Source: Octopus vulgaris (taxonomy: Eukaryota). Taken from it: a DNA stretch of 64,000 bases. The stretch covers positions 59,024,001 through 59,088,000 of the forward strand of contig OX597817.1 of the NCBI GenBank assembly GCA_951406725.2, in the 5' to 3' direction. The notes under the pieces are model-generated. The model had not been told where the DNA came from. It made no database searches and saw nothing but the letters and a program-made list of their open reading frames with translations. A program made the translations under genes and the position numbers. Positions 1 through 11,879 of the stretch are shown one piece after another (positions within the stretch are counted from its first letter, which is position 1; each line of letters starts with the position of its first letter).

Positions 1-675
1 ACACACATGCATACGTACTCACACATACGTACCTACATATACGTAGCTGCGTATGAATAAGTTTGGATGCATATGTACAGGTACGTATGTGTCTATGTTT
101 GTGGGGGTATGCATGTATATATATATATAAATATATATATATATGATCTGATAAATGTCCCTTTATCAAATTTTATCAGAAACATTATCTGCCTAATTGT
201 ATATAAACATATACCACAATTATTCTCACATACATGCTTGTATGTATGTATGTGTATATATATATATGATACACTCTCACGTCGTATTCCACGCATGACA
301 GTCAAAGAATTTTACTTTTTTTTCTCTCCATCTCTTTTCCTTTTTTACGATAATTTTGATAAAAAGAAGAGTAAGCAAATCCGTTGACAATTCACTCAGT
401 GACTGGTTTTAAAGTGGTCAGAGCTTGTGTGTGACCATTCACACCTTTTTGGTTCCGCTGATCGCAACAGTTGGTGCCAATATGCCAAGAGACCGATTGA
501 ACCGTAGACCTCAATTGGATGGCCGTTGATCTTCATCAGCTCCTCCGTCCTTCAACAGATCTTCCTTTTCATCCTGCAGGGTGTCCAATAATCACCCTCT
601 TCTGTTGGGGGTTGCCGGTTTAGTCGCTGACGACCCAACCATATGACGTGACAGTTTGTACCAGTAGCACTCGCG

Positions 676-791
<116 letters not shown>

Positions 792-1674
792 CATGATGAT
801 AATGGCCGTCCACACGTGACTGAAGAAGATCATTGCTGACCTTTAGGAACATTGTGCGCTCTAGGACTAACTTATATTTTGTATTTTCGGCTCTGTTGGA
901 GGCTAATAACCCCTGCTCTTGACATGCATGCACGATTGCAAACATATTGCGTTGTCTGATAAATTCGTCCGCTTTTTTCTTTTTCATCTGTTTTAATCTT
1001 CTCCAATATTATTTGAATTAACACAAAAAATATTTTCTTCACGCGGAGAGGAAAGCCTTCTTTTTTCTTTCGAGGGTTTATATGCCCCTTTATTCGACTA
1101 TTTTCCTTGGTCATTGCACGGTGATCACCATAAGCTTTAAGCTTATACAAAAAAAATACCATTATTATTCTTTACAGGATTGTAAAATACGGCACCATTC
1201 GCACCGACAGCATTTTATATCTTTTTTCTTTTCTTTTCCTTTTTCTTTTCATCTAGGAATTTTTATTCTTGCTCTCCAACTTTACCATTTATAAATTGTA
1301 CCTCTTTACAGAGATATGACGATGGAGGGAAAAGCTAACCAATTCCTCTAGTGACCCAAATATACTGACTTTTGATTTTATTATGAATGTCTGTTTTTAT
1401 TGTTGTTGCTTTTTTTTTCAGGAATAATTGTTTATATTCGCTAAATCTAATTTATGCTTCAATTCCTTTCGCAAATCAAATCAAGTTTGATACCCACGGA
1501 CTAGGGTTTCCTATGACTAAGGATCGGTGATATCGATCTCACATCGCCAGCACTACAAGCACTAAAACACTAAGCGTTCTCTTCAGAGAGAGAAACTCTT
1601 TCTAATTCAGTTTTAATAAGAATAGGCAAACACACACACGCGCGCGCGCACGCACGCACGCACACACACGCACA

Positions 1675-1717
<43 letters not shown>

Positions 1718-1792
1718 ACACACACAAACACACACACAAGCACACAAACACACACACACACAAACACACACAAATACACACACAAACACACA

Positions 1793-1845
<53 letters not shown>

Positions 1846-1870
1846 ACGCACGCACGTACACGCACACAAA

Positions 1871-1924
<54 letters not shown>

Positions 1925-2051
1925 CACACACGCACACACACACACACACTCACACACACTCGACTGATTGTATCTATAGATATACACTGTTAGCCGGTAT
2001 TCGCAGATTTCTTACTGAGGATCCAGCTCCGATTTTAATCCGATTTCTTTG

Positions 2052-2135
<84 letters not shown>

Positions 2136-2149
2136 GTATTTACGCGTGT

Positions 2150-2285
2150 GTGTTTTTGCCTTTGTGCTTTGTTCCCTTCACCGTTTGACCGTTGTCGTCG
2201 ATTTGTTAGAGTGATAGAATAAGAACCCTTTAAAGTGGTGCCCCAGCATGGTCGCAATCCAATGACTGAAACAAGTAAACGATGA
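2150..2285 (+). mobile_element. SINE family A, 3' tail fragment
   Basis: GGTGCCCCAGCATGGTCGCAATCCAATGACTGAAACAAGTAAA matches the tail of the full copy at 38031-38450. Confidence 0.65.
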
Positions 2286-2614
2286 AAAATGAAATACATC
2301 AGCAAACGCAGGTAAAAAGAAAGATGGAGAAAAAAGCAGATATTTATCATTTTGAAAAAATGTAGAATATTAAAGAATGTCTTATCAAAATGTCTAAAAC
2401 TTCAAAATTGTCCATAAATTTTACCGCTCGACCTTCCAGCATCAATAATGTAGAATCAGTCAGTTTCTCCAAAATTGTCTGGGGTTTTTTGTGCCCGTAG
2501 AAATAATTGCTTGTTATTTTATTTTATTTTATTTTATTTTATTTTTATTTATTCTTTATTCTAATCTGTTTTGTTTTGCTTTTTTACAGAGAGAAGCATC
2601 TTTCACCGATTAAA

Positions 2615-3004
2615 ATGAGTAACGATTCGAAAGTAACGGCACAAGGGCTGAAAGTCACACATGAACCAACCGAAGAAGTCCGCAGTAACAGAAACATGTC
2701 TTTACTGTGGGTCCCCTATGTTGTACTGGCCGCCATTATGGTACTCTTCTTTTCCGTATCTTTTGCTCATTATCACTTAAAAAGACGAAAATATCAACTA
2801 CGGAGATGGGCGTCAAAATGTCTACGCGAAGAAATGAAGAACTCGAGTGGTGAAGTCTTTGATCAACCCAATGTGCCACAAGTCGGCGAAGGGTTGGCAA
2901 AGTATAATGATTCTCTCCGACAGATCGATGATATAAAGACTTTACCTGGCGCTGTAGCTAAGATTGACTTTAAAAATGATTTCACGATCGATATAAAAAT
3001 TTGA
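2615..3004 (+). CDS. Probable host coding (terminal) exon encoding a ~129-aa single-pass membrane protein of unknown family
   Basis: Branch-like CTAAT (2561), long pyrimidine tract and TTTTTACAG acceptor ending 2589. In-frame AAAATGA start at 2615 in non-repetitive sequence. Protein has N-terminal sequons (NDS, NMS), one hydrophobic helix LLWVPYVVLAAIMVLFFSVSFA and a basic KRRK stop-transfer. The frame is open back to the acceptor, so coding may begin in an upstream exon. Confidence 0.65.
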   Translation: MSNDSKVTAQGLKVTHEPTEEVRSNRNMSLLWVPYVVLAAIMVLFFSVSFAHYHLKRRKYQLRRWASKCLREEMKNSSGEVFDQPNVPQVGEGLAKYNDSLRQIDDIKTLPGAVAKIDFKNDFTIDIKI

Positions 3005-3633
3005 TCCAAAGATTTATGTTTTTAAATATCAAGGAATTTTTTTCAATGTCTTAATCCTGTCAGACATTTGAAAATACCATGAATTCTCGAACATTCCACA
3101 ACCGCTAACAGCAATAAAAACGCCTGCTTGGCTACGTTGGATTATTATTGTCCATAAAACACAAAACGGATATATTGTATAAGCGTTTCGTTCCACTCAA
3201 CAAAATTAAATTTCTATATTTCTAACATTTCACTTACACACCATGTTTCCGGATTATGTTTTCATTTTTTTCTCTTCTTTTACTTTTTTGGTGTCTCTTT
3301 AAATCGAAACTTTGGTTCATTAAGCTCTCCAGATGTCTTCAGGTGCTATAATCGTCCACAATTTTTATATTATCTGTTTGCACTTTATATACAAGATACT
3401 GAGTAAGAATTGAACTTTCAACTGCTTTTTAGTATCCACTGAAACCCGGTAAGATTGCCATCGATTTAAAAAGGCCCATAAGACGAAGAATATTCTATAG
3501 GCTTCACAAAACACATCGGTTTCCAAGAAAATAATCAAGCTTCTTTTTTCTTATAGAACTTCTCATAATACCATCGGGTTTTTTTTCTCTATTCTAAATA
3601 GTAAAAGATAATTTCATCTTCTTCAAAGCGAGA

Positions 3634-4132
3634 CATCTATCCTCGTTTATCACAGTGGTCTAGTTTTTTAAAAATGTGATAACTGAATCAACTCCAAGAA
3701 CTTTGTAAATGGAATGAATGGTAGATCCATTGGCACCAAACTCATGACCCACAATAGCGAAGCTTCCACCATCACGTATTTTCTTGATCACTTCTACCTT
3801 TTTCTGTAGAAGAAGTCGCCTATTAAGGTCAGGCGCCTCATTTTTCTGTTCACTGATCCCAGGTTGTTGGGTACAAAGACATAAATCCGCATAAAAAATA
3901 CAAAACCGTGCAACACGTTCGTGTAAATACAAGCTATGGTCAGTGCATTCTAGAGAACTGAGCACTGTGTATTGTCGTTGGCGTGTTTTTGCTGACCAAG
4001 CAGAATCTTCGACCTTCGACCCATACTATCACACAGATCATTCCGTGATAAGCGTAAAAATGGTTCACAATCGAACGTACCGTGTTATCTTGTATCAGTG
4101 ATAAATAAATCCGCGATAAACGAGGCTACATG
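3634..4132 (-). mobile_element. Internally deleted Tigger/pogo-like DNA transposon
   Basis: Imperfect TIRs CATCTATCCTCGTTTATCACAG / CCGCGATAAACGAGGCTACATG followed by TA. Minus-strand peptide RRLLLQKKVEVIKKIRDGGSFAIVGHEFGANGSTIHSIYK resembles the CENP-B/psq-type HTH of Tigger transposases. Confidence 0.75.
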
Positions 4133-5040
4133 TAATAGCTTCTTAACACACATATATACATATGTATAATAAAACATATCAAGGAAACAATGAGATAACA
4201 AAGTTTTATATTAAAATAATTTGACATTTATAACATTTTCAATTTTATAAGAAATGTATTTAGAAATGGTATTTCGTTGATAAAATCACAATCCAAGTAT
4301 AACACCTTATTAGAATGATGTTTTCCTGTTTTACTTTGCAATTTGGTATCGTAAACAATCGATAACATGTGTGCTTTGACTATAATTCCATGACATTTCT
4401 ATATTATATAAACTTTCAACATGGTATTTGATATTTAATAACTGTAAAAAGAAATTATTAAACGTGATATAAATATTTATATGATATTTAAATTTGTTTA
4501 TCGATTATTTCATTAATCTCAAACCAGTTTTACAAAAATTATCGCCACCCAGCGGAGCTAACGATATCTAATACATACTGCTTGTGTCTTTATTATATAT
4601 AGTTATTTTCTTTATGTTGCGTCCACAAGTAAAATTCATAGATGGCGCTTTCGTTCAGTTGGCTGGTACAACGACCACCTGACCTTTGGGCGCCATTCGC
4701 GGAGTCTATATGACAAGAAGTTAGACCAAGTCTTTAGCGTAGAAGACCTTGAAAAAGATCATAGACACTGCCACCTCGCCTCCAAGTAAGCCAATATGTA
4801 TGTATGTATGCATTCATATATATATGTATATATGCATGTATGTATGTATGTAAGCATGTTTGTATGTATGTATGTATGTATGTATGTATGTATGTATGTA
4901 TGTATGTATGTGTATGAATTGTACATACATATACAGATATATAAGTATATATATATATGTATATCTCTCTATATATATGTGTGTGTATTTATGAATGTGT
5001 GTGTGGGTTGAAAAGAGAAATTAAAAATGCACTGAGAGTA

Positions 5041-5370
5041 TTTTATTTTTAAAGGCTGAACCGGTTTCACAGATTTTTCTGATTTCCAAAACATTGAGAT
5101 AAAAACTATTCCGCTCCTGACTGGAGATTCAAAATTCTCTTGTTTTTACGGTGAGAACATAGCCCAAATTAGTCTTTCGTCTCGGATACAATTTCATTGG
5201 TGAAGGATGATCACATGATTAGGTTTTAAAATGTTTGTAAGTTTCCCGCTTAGTTCGTGCATTAATGCCATGTGACAATATTTTTGTGGGCAGTAAGTTG
5301 AGACTGATAACAGCTGAGTGAAGGTGTCCAGTGGTCATCTCTAAATTCAATTTCTCAACTGGTTGAGTGG
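5041..5370 (-). mobile_element. Penelope-like element 3' remnant
   Basis: Minus strand shows a KRETY..KT GIY-YIG-tail-like peptide, a decayed hammerhead-like CAG..CTG-T-GAAACCGGTT and a downstream AATAAA. Confidence 0.4.
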
Positions 5371-5410
5371 ACAGGATTGGTTTCTGTGTCTCCCAGTGGT
5401 GAATTATTTT

Positions 5411-5689
5411 ATTTGTTTCAGTCATTATGACTGTGGCCATGCTGGAGCACCGCCTTTTGGTCGAAGAAATCGACCACTGAACTTATTCTTTGTAAGACTA
5501 GTACTTATTATATCGGTCTCTTTTGCCGAACAGGTGAGTTACGGGGACATAAACACGCCAACATCGGTTGTCAAGCGACGGTGGAGGGACAAACATAGCC
5601 ACAAACACACAAATATATACATACATACATATATATATATAAAAATACATACATACATATACATATATATACATACATACATACATACA

Positions 5690-5766
<77 letters not shown>

Positions 5767-5929
5767 GACGGGATTCTTTCAGTTTCCGTCTACTAAATCC
5801 ACTCACAAGGCTTTGGTCGGTCCGAGGCTATAGTATAAGACACTTGCCCAATGTGCCACGCAATGAGACTGAACCCGGAACCACGTGGTTGGGAAGCAAG
5901 TTTCTTACCACACAGCCACGCATGTGCCT
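5411..5929 (-). mobile_element. Full-length tRNA-derived SINE family A with expanded internal (TA)/(TACA) microsatellite
   Basis: Reverse complement aligns with 38031-38450 from the GTGGCTGTGTGGTAAG head to the TGACTGAAACAA tail. Confidence 0.85.
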
Positions 5930-5944
5930 CCACGCAGCCACGCC

Positions 5945-7940
5945 TGGTTATGATTTGTATGTCTGTACGTAAGCATATAATTTTGTCTCCACTAAATTCG
6001 TGCGTTGGTGTCGTGCTTGTGCCCAACGTTTAGGTTGTTAGCTGTCTATATTCAGCATTTCAAGTGGCAGAATGAGTATATGAGTGAGTAGTTGGTGGTG
6101 AATGTACTTTGTTAAAGTTTATTCAAACTTGGTTTATAGCTTTGTATGAATGTATTTTCTTTGCTTACTCGTGCTTGGTCAGTGGTTTTGACTCATCAAA
6201 AGTAAAGTGGGAAAACTTGAAATTTGGGGAACTTCTTTTTGCACATATGTCTATGTGCCCAGTCAGTGGGATCTGCCTAGTACTAGGATCTCGTATTTGT
6301 TGGCGATGAATTGTCAGTCTATTTCTGAGTGTAAGTTTTGTTTGACCTATATAATCCCCTTTACATCCTTTACATTTAATAGCATATATTAATTTTTTTT
6401 TTTACGAACTGGTGATATTTTTATGGTAAAAACCTGTCCTGATTTAAATTTATGTTTTGTCGTCAATGAGGTTGATACAAGTCCCGCAATTAGGTCGGCC
6501 ACACTTTTTGATTGTTGGTGTGGAATTTGTGGAGGATAATTTAGCGCTGGGGAAAATATTTTGTTTTTTTTTTAAGGATTTTGTTTGTCTTTTGCTTTTG
6601 ATTATTTTATATATTTCGAGTGCTTGTTTCATTCTTGGGCCTTTTCTCTATCGCGGAATGTTCTGTTGAATAACTTTGTAAATCTCTATGTTTTTGGTTG
6701 TGTTGTTATAAAAGAGTGTTGGGCGAATCTGAAATGATTTTTCTTTATTTTATGTACTTCTTGAATATCTATTGTTTTGGCACGTTCCACTCCGTTGTCT
6801 GTTAACATTGATGGACAATTGTATTTGTTTTAATTTCTAGACTTTTTTTATTACGAGTTTCGAAATTTGAAACAATTGTGAAGAGTCTGCTTCCTAGATT
6901 AAATGGAATATTAGTCTTCGTGTATTTCAGATGGCATGAGGAGAAGAACAGGTATTGTTTAGAATCTGTTGGTTTGTAGTGAATGTCTGCTTCAGTGTTT
7001 GTGTTTGTCTTGAATGTCCAAGAATGGCAGTTTGTTTTACTGTATTCCATGGAGAAGGTAATAGTATAGCATATGCTATTAATTAGCTTTTTTGAAATCA
7101 ATAACCTATTTAAATGTCTGCGTCTACGGAATAAGGCAGTCATCGAAGTAATGTTTTCAGTTTTCTAGTAAATATTTATGGAAGCCCAAGTCATATTTTA
7201 ATTTAGATTGTTCATATATCTGGACCGCCAATTTAGCCACGACTAAATTAGCATTAATCGGAGCGACTTCGATACCCATCGCCCTCCCAGATATTTGCTT
7301 GTAAACATTTCCATTAAAGTCAAAAATGTTTGCAAGGATGAATTTTAATCCTTCGGGGATGAAACTTCTTTCAATTCTGTCTGGGATCCTTTAGAGAATT
7401 TTTTGAGCCAGAAACCTATTGCCTCTAGTCCACATTGGTGTGGGATTGTGGTATAGAGGTTTACTACGTCAAACAATGCAATAATGGTATCTTTGTTGAT
7501 GGCTTTAGGGAGGTAGTTTAGCAGATCCAGGTTGTCTGTTACAAGACTTAGTATGTATTCTAAAATACGTTTCAGTAGTATATCAATAAAATTGTTGTTT
7601 CTGTGGATTTCGCAGTAAGACCCAACTACAATTGGTCAAAATTTAAGGTCGGCGAGATATTCTATGTATATACTACTTGGAATTGATTCTTTTTAGGGGT
7701 CCTTAATAGTTTGGTTCTTGTGAACTTGGGTGAGGCTGTAGAAGTAGCTAGTTTTGCATTCAAAATGAGTTTCGTAAACATATTCTTTGTTAGTTAAACC
7801 CTTTTTTTGTGCCGGTGAATGAGTGTGTTCAGGTTTGTCGTTGGTAATTATTGTGTTTGATCTTTCGTAATTATTTACCTTTTCGTTATAGGTCGTATCT
7901 TGCAGCAGAGACACCATAGCACTTTTGTTGTGTTCAACAT
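5945..7940 (-). mobile_element. Degenerate Penelope-like retroelement (RT plus GIY-YIG endonuclease), frameshifted
   Basis: Minus-strand motifs in PLE order: LFDVVNLYTTIP (~7475), YKQISGRAMGIEVAP (~7300), YFDD (~7145), HYKPTDSKQYLFFSSCH..TKTNIPFNL, CGRPNCGTC, YIGQT (~6345). Confidence 0.9.
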
Positions 7941-7945
7941 GTATA

Positions 7946-8512
7946 CACTACCGTCAGAAATTAATTAGCACCCTTGATTTGCTCACCATGAAGCATGGTG
8001 GGGGTGGTCTGATGGTGTGAGGGGCGTTCAGCTACAGTGGTGTTGGGCGGCTCTATGCCGTCGAAGGCAACATCAACGCAGCAAAGTACGTTGAGATAGT
8101 ACGGGATACCTCTTTGGTGGCGAGGAGTACGTGCTGGCCAGTCACCTGACCTGAACCCTATTGAGAACCTCTGGAGTCGATTGGGTAGGGATTTGAATGT
8201 GCAGCAATACAGGAACCGACACGAGCTGTTTGGGGCACTTCTTGCTGCATGAGGGGCCATCCCTGCACAGTACCTGCAGGCACTCATAGACAGCATGCCG
8301 ACCCGCGTAGCAGCTGTCATTGCTGCCAAAGGAGGAGCAACAAGATATTGACTAAATTTCACGATTAATAACAATTATGTGGTGTGCTGGGATATGTTTT
8401 AATAAATTTTTGATTAAAAACGAGTTCATTTCTGATAATAAGTTAATTAAATTAAGAAAATGTAAGAAAATGTAGAAATTTGAGAAGTGCTAATTAATTT
8501 CCGACGCAAGTG
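7946..8512 (+). mobile_element. Internally deleted Tc1-family transposon
   Basis: TA-flanked TIRs CACTACCGTCAGAAATTAATTAGCAC / GTGCTAATTAATTTCCGACGCAAGTG. Peptides KHGGGGLMV, SPDLNPIENLW and LIDSMPTRVAAVIAAKGGATRY*. Confidence 0.92.
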
Positions 8513-8563
8513 TATATACGTATATATATATGTATATACATATATGTGTGTGTGTGTGAACAC

Positions 8564-8666
<103 letters not shown>

Positions 8667-8729
8667 AGCAGTCACGTTGACCCTACCTTAACCAAATTGT
8701 AAACTACATATATATACACACACACACAA

Positions 8730-8800
<71 letters not shown>

Positions 8801-9448
8801 TAAATAAATGGAGTTTAACGCAGTGTAAATCAAATATTTTTACTTTCGACACATGTTTCGAAAATTCCACTGATACTATTCAAAAGAATAAATGGTATAA
8901 ACAATGCAGATAGATAGTCAGATAGAGAGGCACAGAGAGAGACAAATAGATAGGTAGACACATACATATATACATATATTACATACATACAGGCATACAT
9001 ACATGCACACACACACATACATAGATATACACACACATACATTCATACATACATGCATGCATGCATACATACATGCATACGTACATAGATACATACAGAC
9101 AGACATACATGTACACATACATATGAAAATCTGCCCGTTAAATTATGACGATGATCTAACAACTGCTTAAAAATATATGAAGGAAGGAAGGAAGGAAATG
9201 AATAATGAAGAGAGAAAGAAAATGAAGAAAATAGTGTTCATCCATTGATGATTAATGAAGACCATGCGACACTTCAAGAGTGAATTGTGTCAGGGGACTG
9301 TTTTTTCTCAGAGGTGGTGCCCAACTGAGCCTACTATACTGTGTAGTCGACAAAATCAAAAACAACAATGCGCATGCGCGAAATTAAAAATATAAAATTG
9401 TGACGATTTACTCATGGCACCCTATGTGCGTGTGTGTGTAAAATATAA

Positions 9449-9620
9449 GGTGAATTTATGGAATGAAGTCCCATAAAACTCATCAATTTTTTTTTAAATG
9501 GAGGAGACAAGTTGTTAAAATATCTGAGAAGTTTAAACTTCTGACATATTTTAACAACTTGTCTCCTCCATTTTAAACTGAATTGATGCTTTTTATGGGA
9601 CTTCATTCCATAAATTCACC
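9449..9620. repeat. 172-bp spacerless palindrome (unclassified MITE-like element)
   Basis: GGTGAATTTATGGAATGAAGTCCCATAAAA... mirrored by ...TTTTATGGGACTTCATTCCATAAATTCACC around a GTTTAAAC centre (9531-9538). Confidence 0.85.
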
Positions 9621-9771
9621 ATACATTATGTACAAGAACTACTTTCATATCTTCGCAAATTTACGCCTGTAAACTCCCAGCAAAGTATGAAGAATCAACA
9701 TTGGAAATCTTTTTTGGAAACCTCCAAATTAAAGGACGAATCCACATTCAACCTTTATACACTTATGTATG

Positions 9772-9840
<69 letters not shown>

Positions 9841-9852
9841 TATTATTACTTA

Positions 9853-9892
<40 letters not shown>

Positions 9893-10250
9893 TATTATTA
9901 CTTAATGTATATATATATATCTAAATATATCTATATATGAGAGAGTGGGTGAAGGAGAAAGAAAGAAAGAAAGAGTGAAGGGAAGAAAGAGGAAGGAAAG
10001 AAAGAGAGCATTCCTATATGGTAGTATTTTAAAACTCCTACTTTTCGAGATGTAGACAGGCCATAAATAACGTTGGTGGTGGCAGCAGCAGTCGACGTCA
10101 CAACATAGCATCACTAATTGATATAAATTAGCCGAATTCTTTTGTCTACGCTTGGATTATTCTCACCATTGAATACGAGATGTTTATCAAGTAATGAGTT
10201 GTAACAGACGAACGAAATGACCGACACACAAGATTAAAACGATAAGCAGA

Positions 10251-10413
10251 CAGCCGTGGCTGTGTGCTAAGAGGCTTGCTTCCCAACCACATGGTTCCGG
10301 GTTCAGTCCCACTGCATGGCAGCCTTGGGTGAGTGTCTTCTTCCACGGTAGCCGCGGGTCGACCAGGGTCTTGTAAGTAGATTTGGTAGGCGGAAATTAA
10401 AAGTCCGTCGTAT
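10251..10413 (+). mobile_element. SINE family A, 5' half ending at the internal microsatellite
   Basis: GTGGCTGTGTG..CCCAACCACATGGTTCCGGGTTCAGTCCCACTG head. Confidence 0.8.
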
Positions 10414-10418
10414 GTGTA

Positions 10419-10456
<38 letters not shown>

Positions 10457-10469
10457 CGTGTATTTAATT

Positions 10470-10661
10470 TAGTGGTAGTTTATTTTATCCACCCACCTAC
10501 CGAAGAGGTCAAAGATAAAGCTGACTTCGGCAGGATTTGAACTCAGAACATAAAGATCCGGCAGAAATACCGCTGGGCATTTTGCCCAACGTACAAACAT
10601 TTCTGTCAGATCACCACCATACTACTACTGCCATTACTACTACTACTACTACTACTACTAC

Positions 10662-10725
<64 letters not shown>

Positions 10726-10892
10726 CTTTTCTACTCTAGGCACAAGGCCCGAAATTTTGGGGGAAATTTTGGAGTTCATTAGATCGACCCCAATATGCCA
10801 CTGTTACTTAATTTATCGACCCCGAAAGGATGAAAAGAAAAGTCGACCTCGGCGGAATTCGCTAAGCATTTCGTCCAGCTCGCCGCCTTCAT
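10470..10892 (-). mobile_element. Two SINE family B fragments separated by (ACT)n/(AAT)n
   Basis: ATCGACCCCGAAAGGATGAAA..GTCGACCTCGGCGGAATT core and CTACTCTAGGCACAAGGCCCGAAATTTT tail. Confidence 0.7.
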
Positions 10893-10986
10893 AACGATAA
10901 TAATAATGATAAATTGCAGTCTCTCTTCGATGTTGTTACAACAAAAACTAATTCGGCAAGTTGTTCTGTGAGGCATGAGGTGAGAG

Positions 10987-11166
10987 CATTAGCGTAGCTA
11001 GAGTGTGTGCCGCCGGGGGCGGCCTTTCAGTTTCCAACTCTGGGTCCCCGCGAAAAATACATATTATCTACAACAGACCCAAAAGTGGATCCATCCCCAT
11101 AAAAGTGCCGCTTGGGGGCGGACAAACTCCTGTGCCCCCTGCCCCCTGCCTCTAGCTACGCTAGTA
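10987..11166. mobile_element. GC-rich MITE, hAT-like
   Basis: TIRs CATTAGCGTAGCTAGAG / CTCTAGCTACGCTAGTA. Putative 8-bp TSD only partly conserved (GGTGAGAG vs ATTGGGAG). Confidence 0.65.
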
Positions 11167-11309
11167 ATTGGGAGTGTAGAGGATACACTTCTCGGGACCC
11201 CGAAGCGAGTCCATAAAGGAACTTCAGGATAGTAAATGATGTAAGGCTAAGTTCGAACCGTCATACTTTATGTTGTGAGGGAAGAAGGAATTTAATAATT
11301 AATTAATAA

Positions 11310-11530
11310 TATTGATTTCCAATTTTCGCATAAGGCCAACAATTTTGAGGGAAGGGGCAAGTCGATGACATTGACCCCAGTTTTTACAACTGTCGCTTAG
11401 TTATCGACCCTATAAAGATTAAAGGCAAAGTCGACCTCGACGGAATTTGAACTCAGAACGTAAAGACAGACCAAACACCGCTAAGCCTTTTCCCCGAAAT
11501 GCTAATGATTCTGCCTGCACATCGCCTTAA
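11310..11530 (-). mobile_element. SINE family B, diverged copy
   Basis: AAAGGCAAAGTCGACCTCGACGGAATTTGAACTCAGAACGTA core. Confidence 0.75.
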
Positions 11531-11879
11531 CTAATTAATAATATTAATTACAAATTACATAGTCATGCAGTGAAAGAAGATTACTTCAATAATTAACGTA
11601 ACTTTAATGGGATCATGCCAAATACGGGTAACAATTCCCCTACTTGTTTCGGCTTTGTTAAACTTGTGCAGTTGAAAAAGACTAGATTAATTGCATTAAT
11701 CATAAAAGAATTCAGTACTTGGAGCCCACTAGCGAACAGTAAATACAAGGGAGATAATCATTTCTTCATAATATTTGGCGCGATTAGAAGTTTGAATATG
11801 TAATTAAGGAAGAAGGAAATGGCTCTAAAGAATATACGCATATTCTGTTTGCGCACGCGCGTGTCTGTGTGTGTGTACA

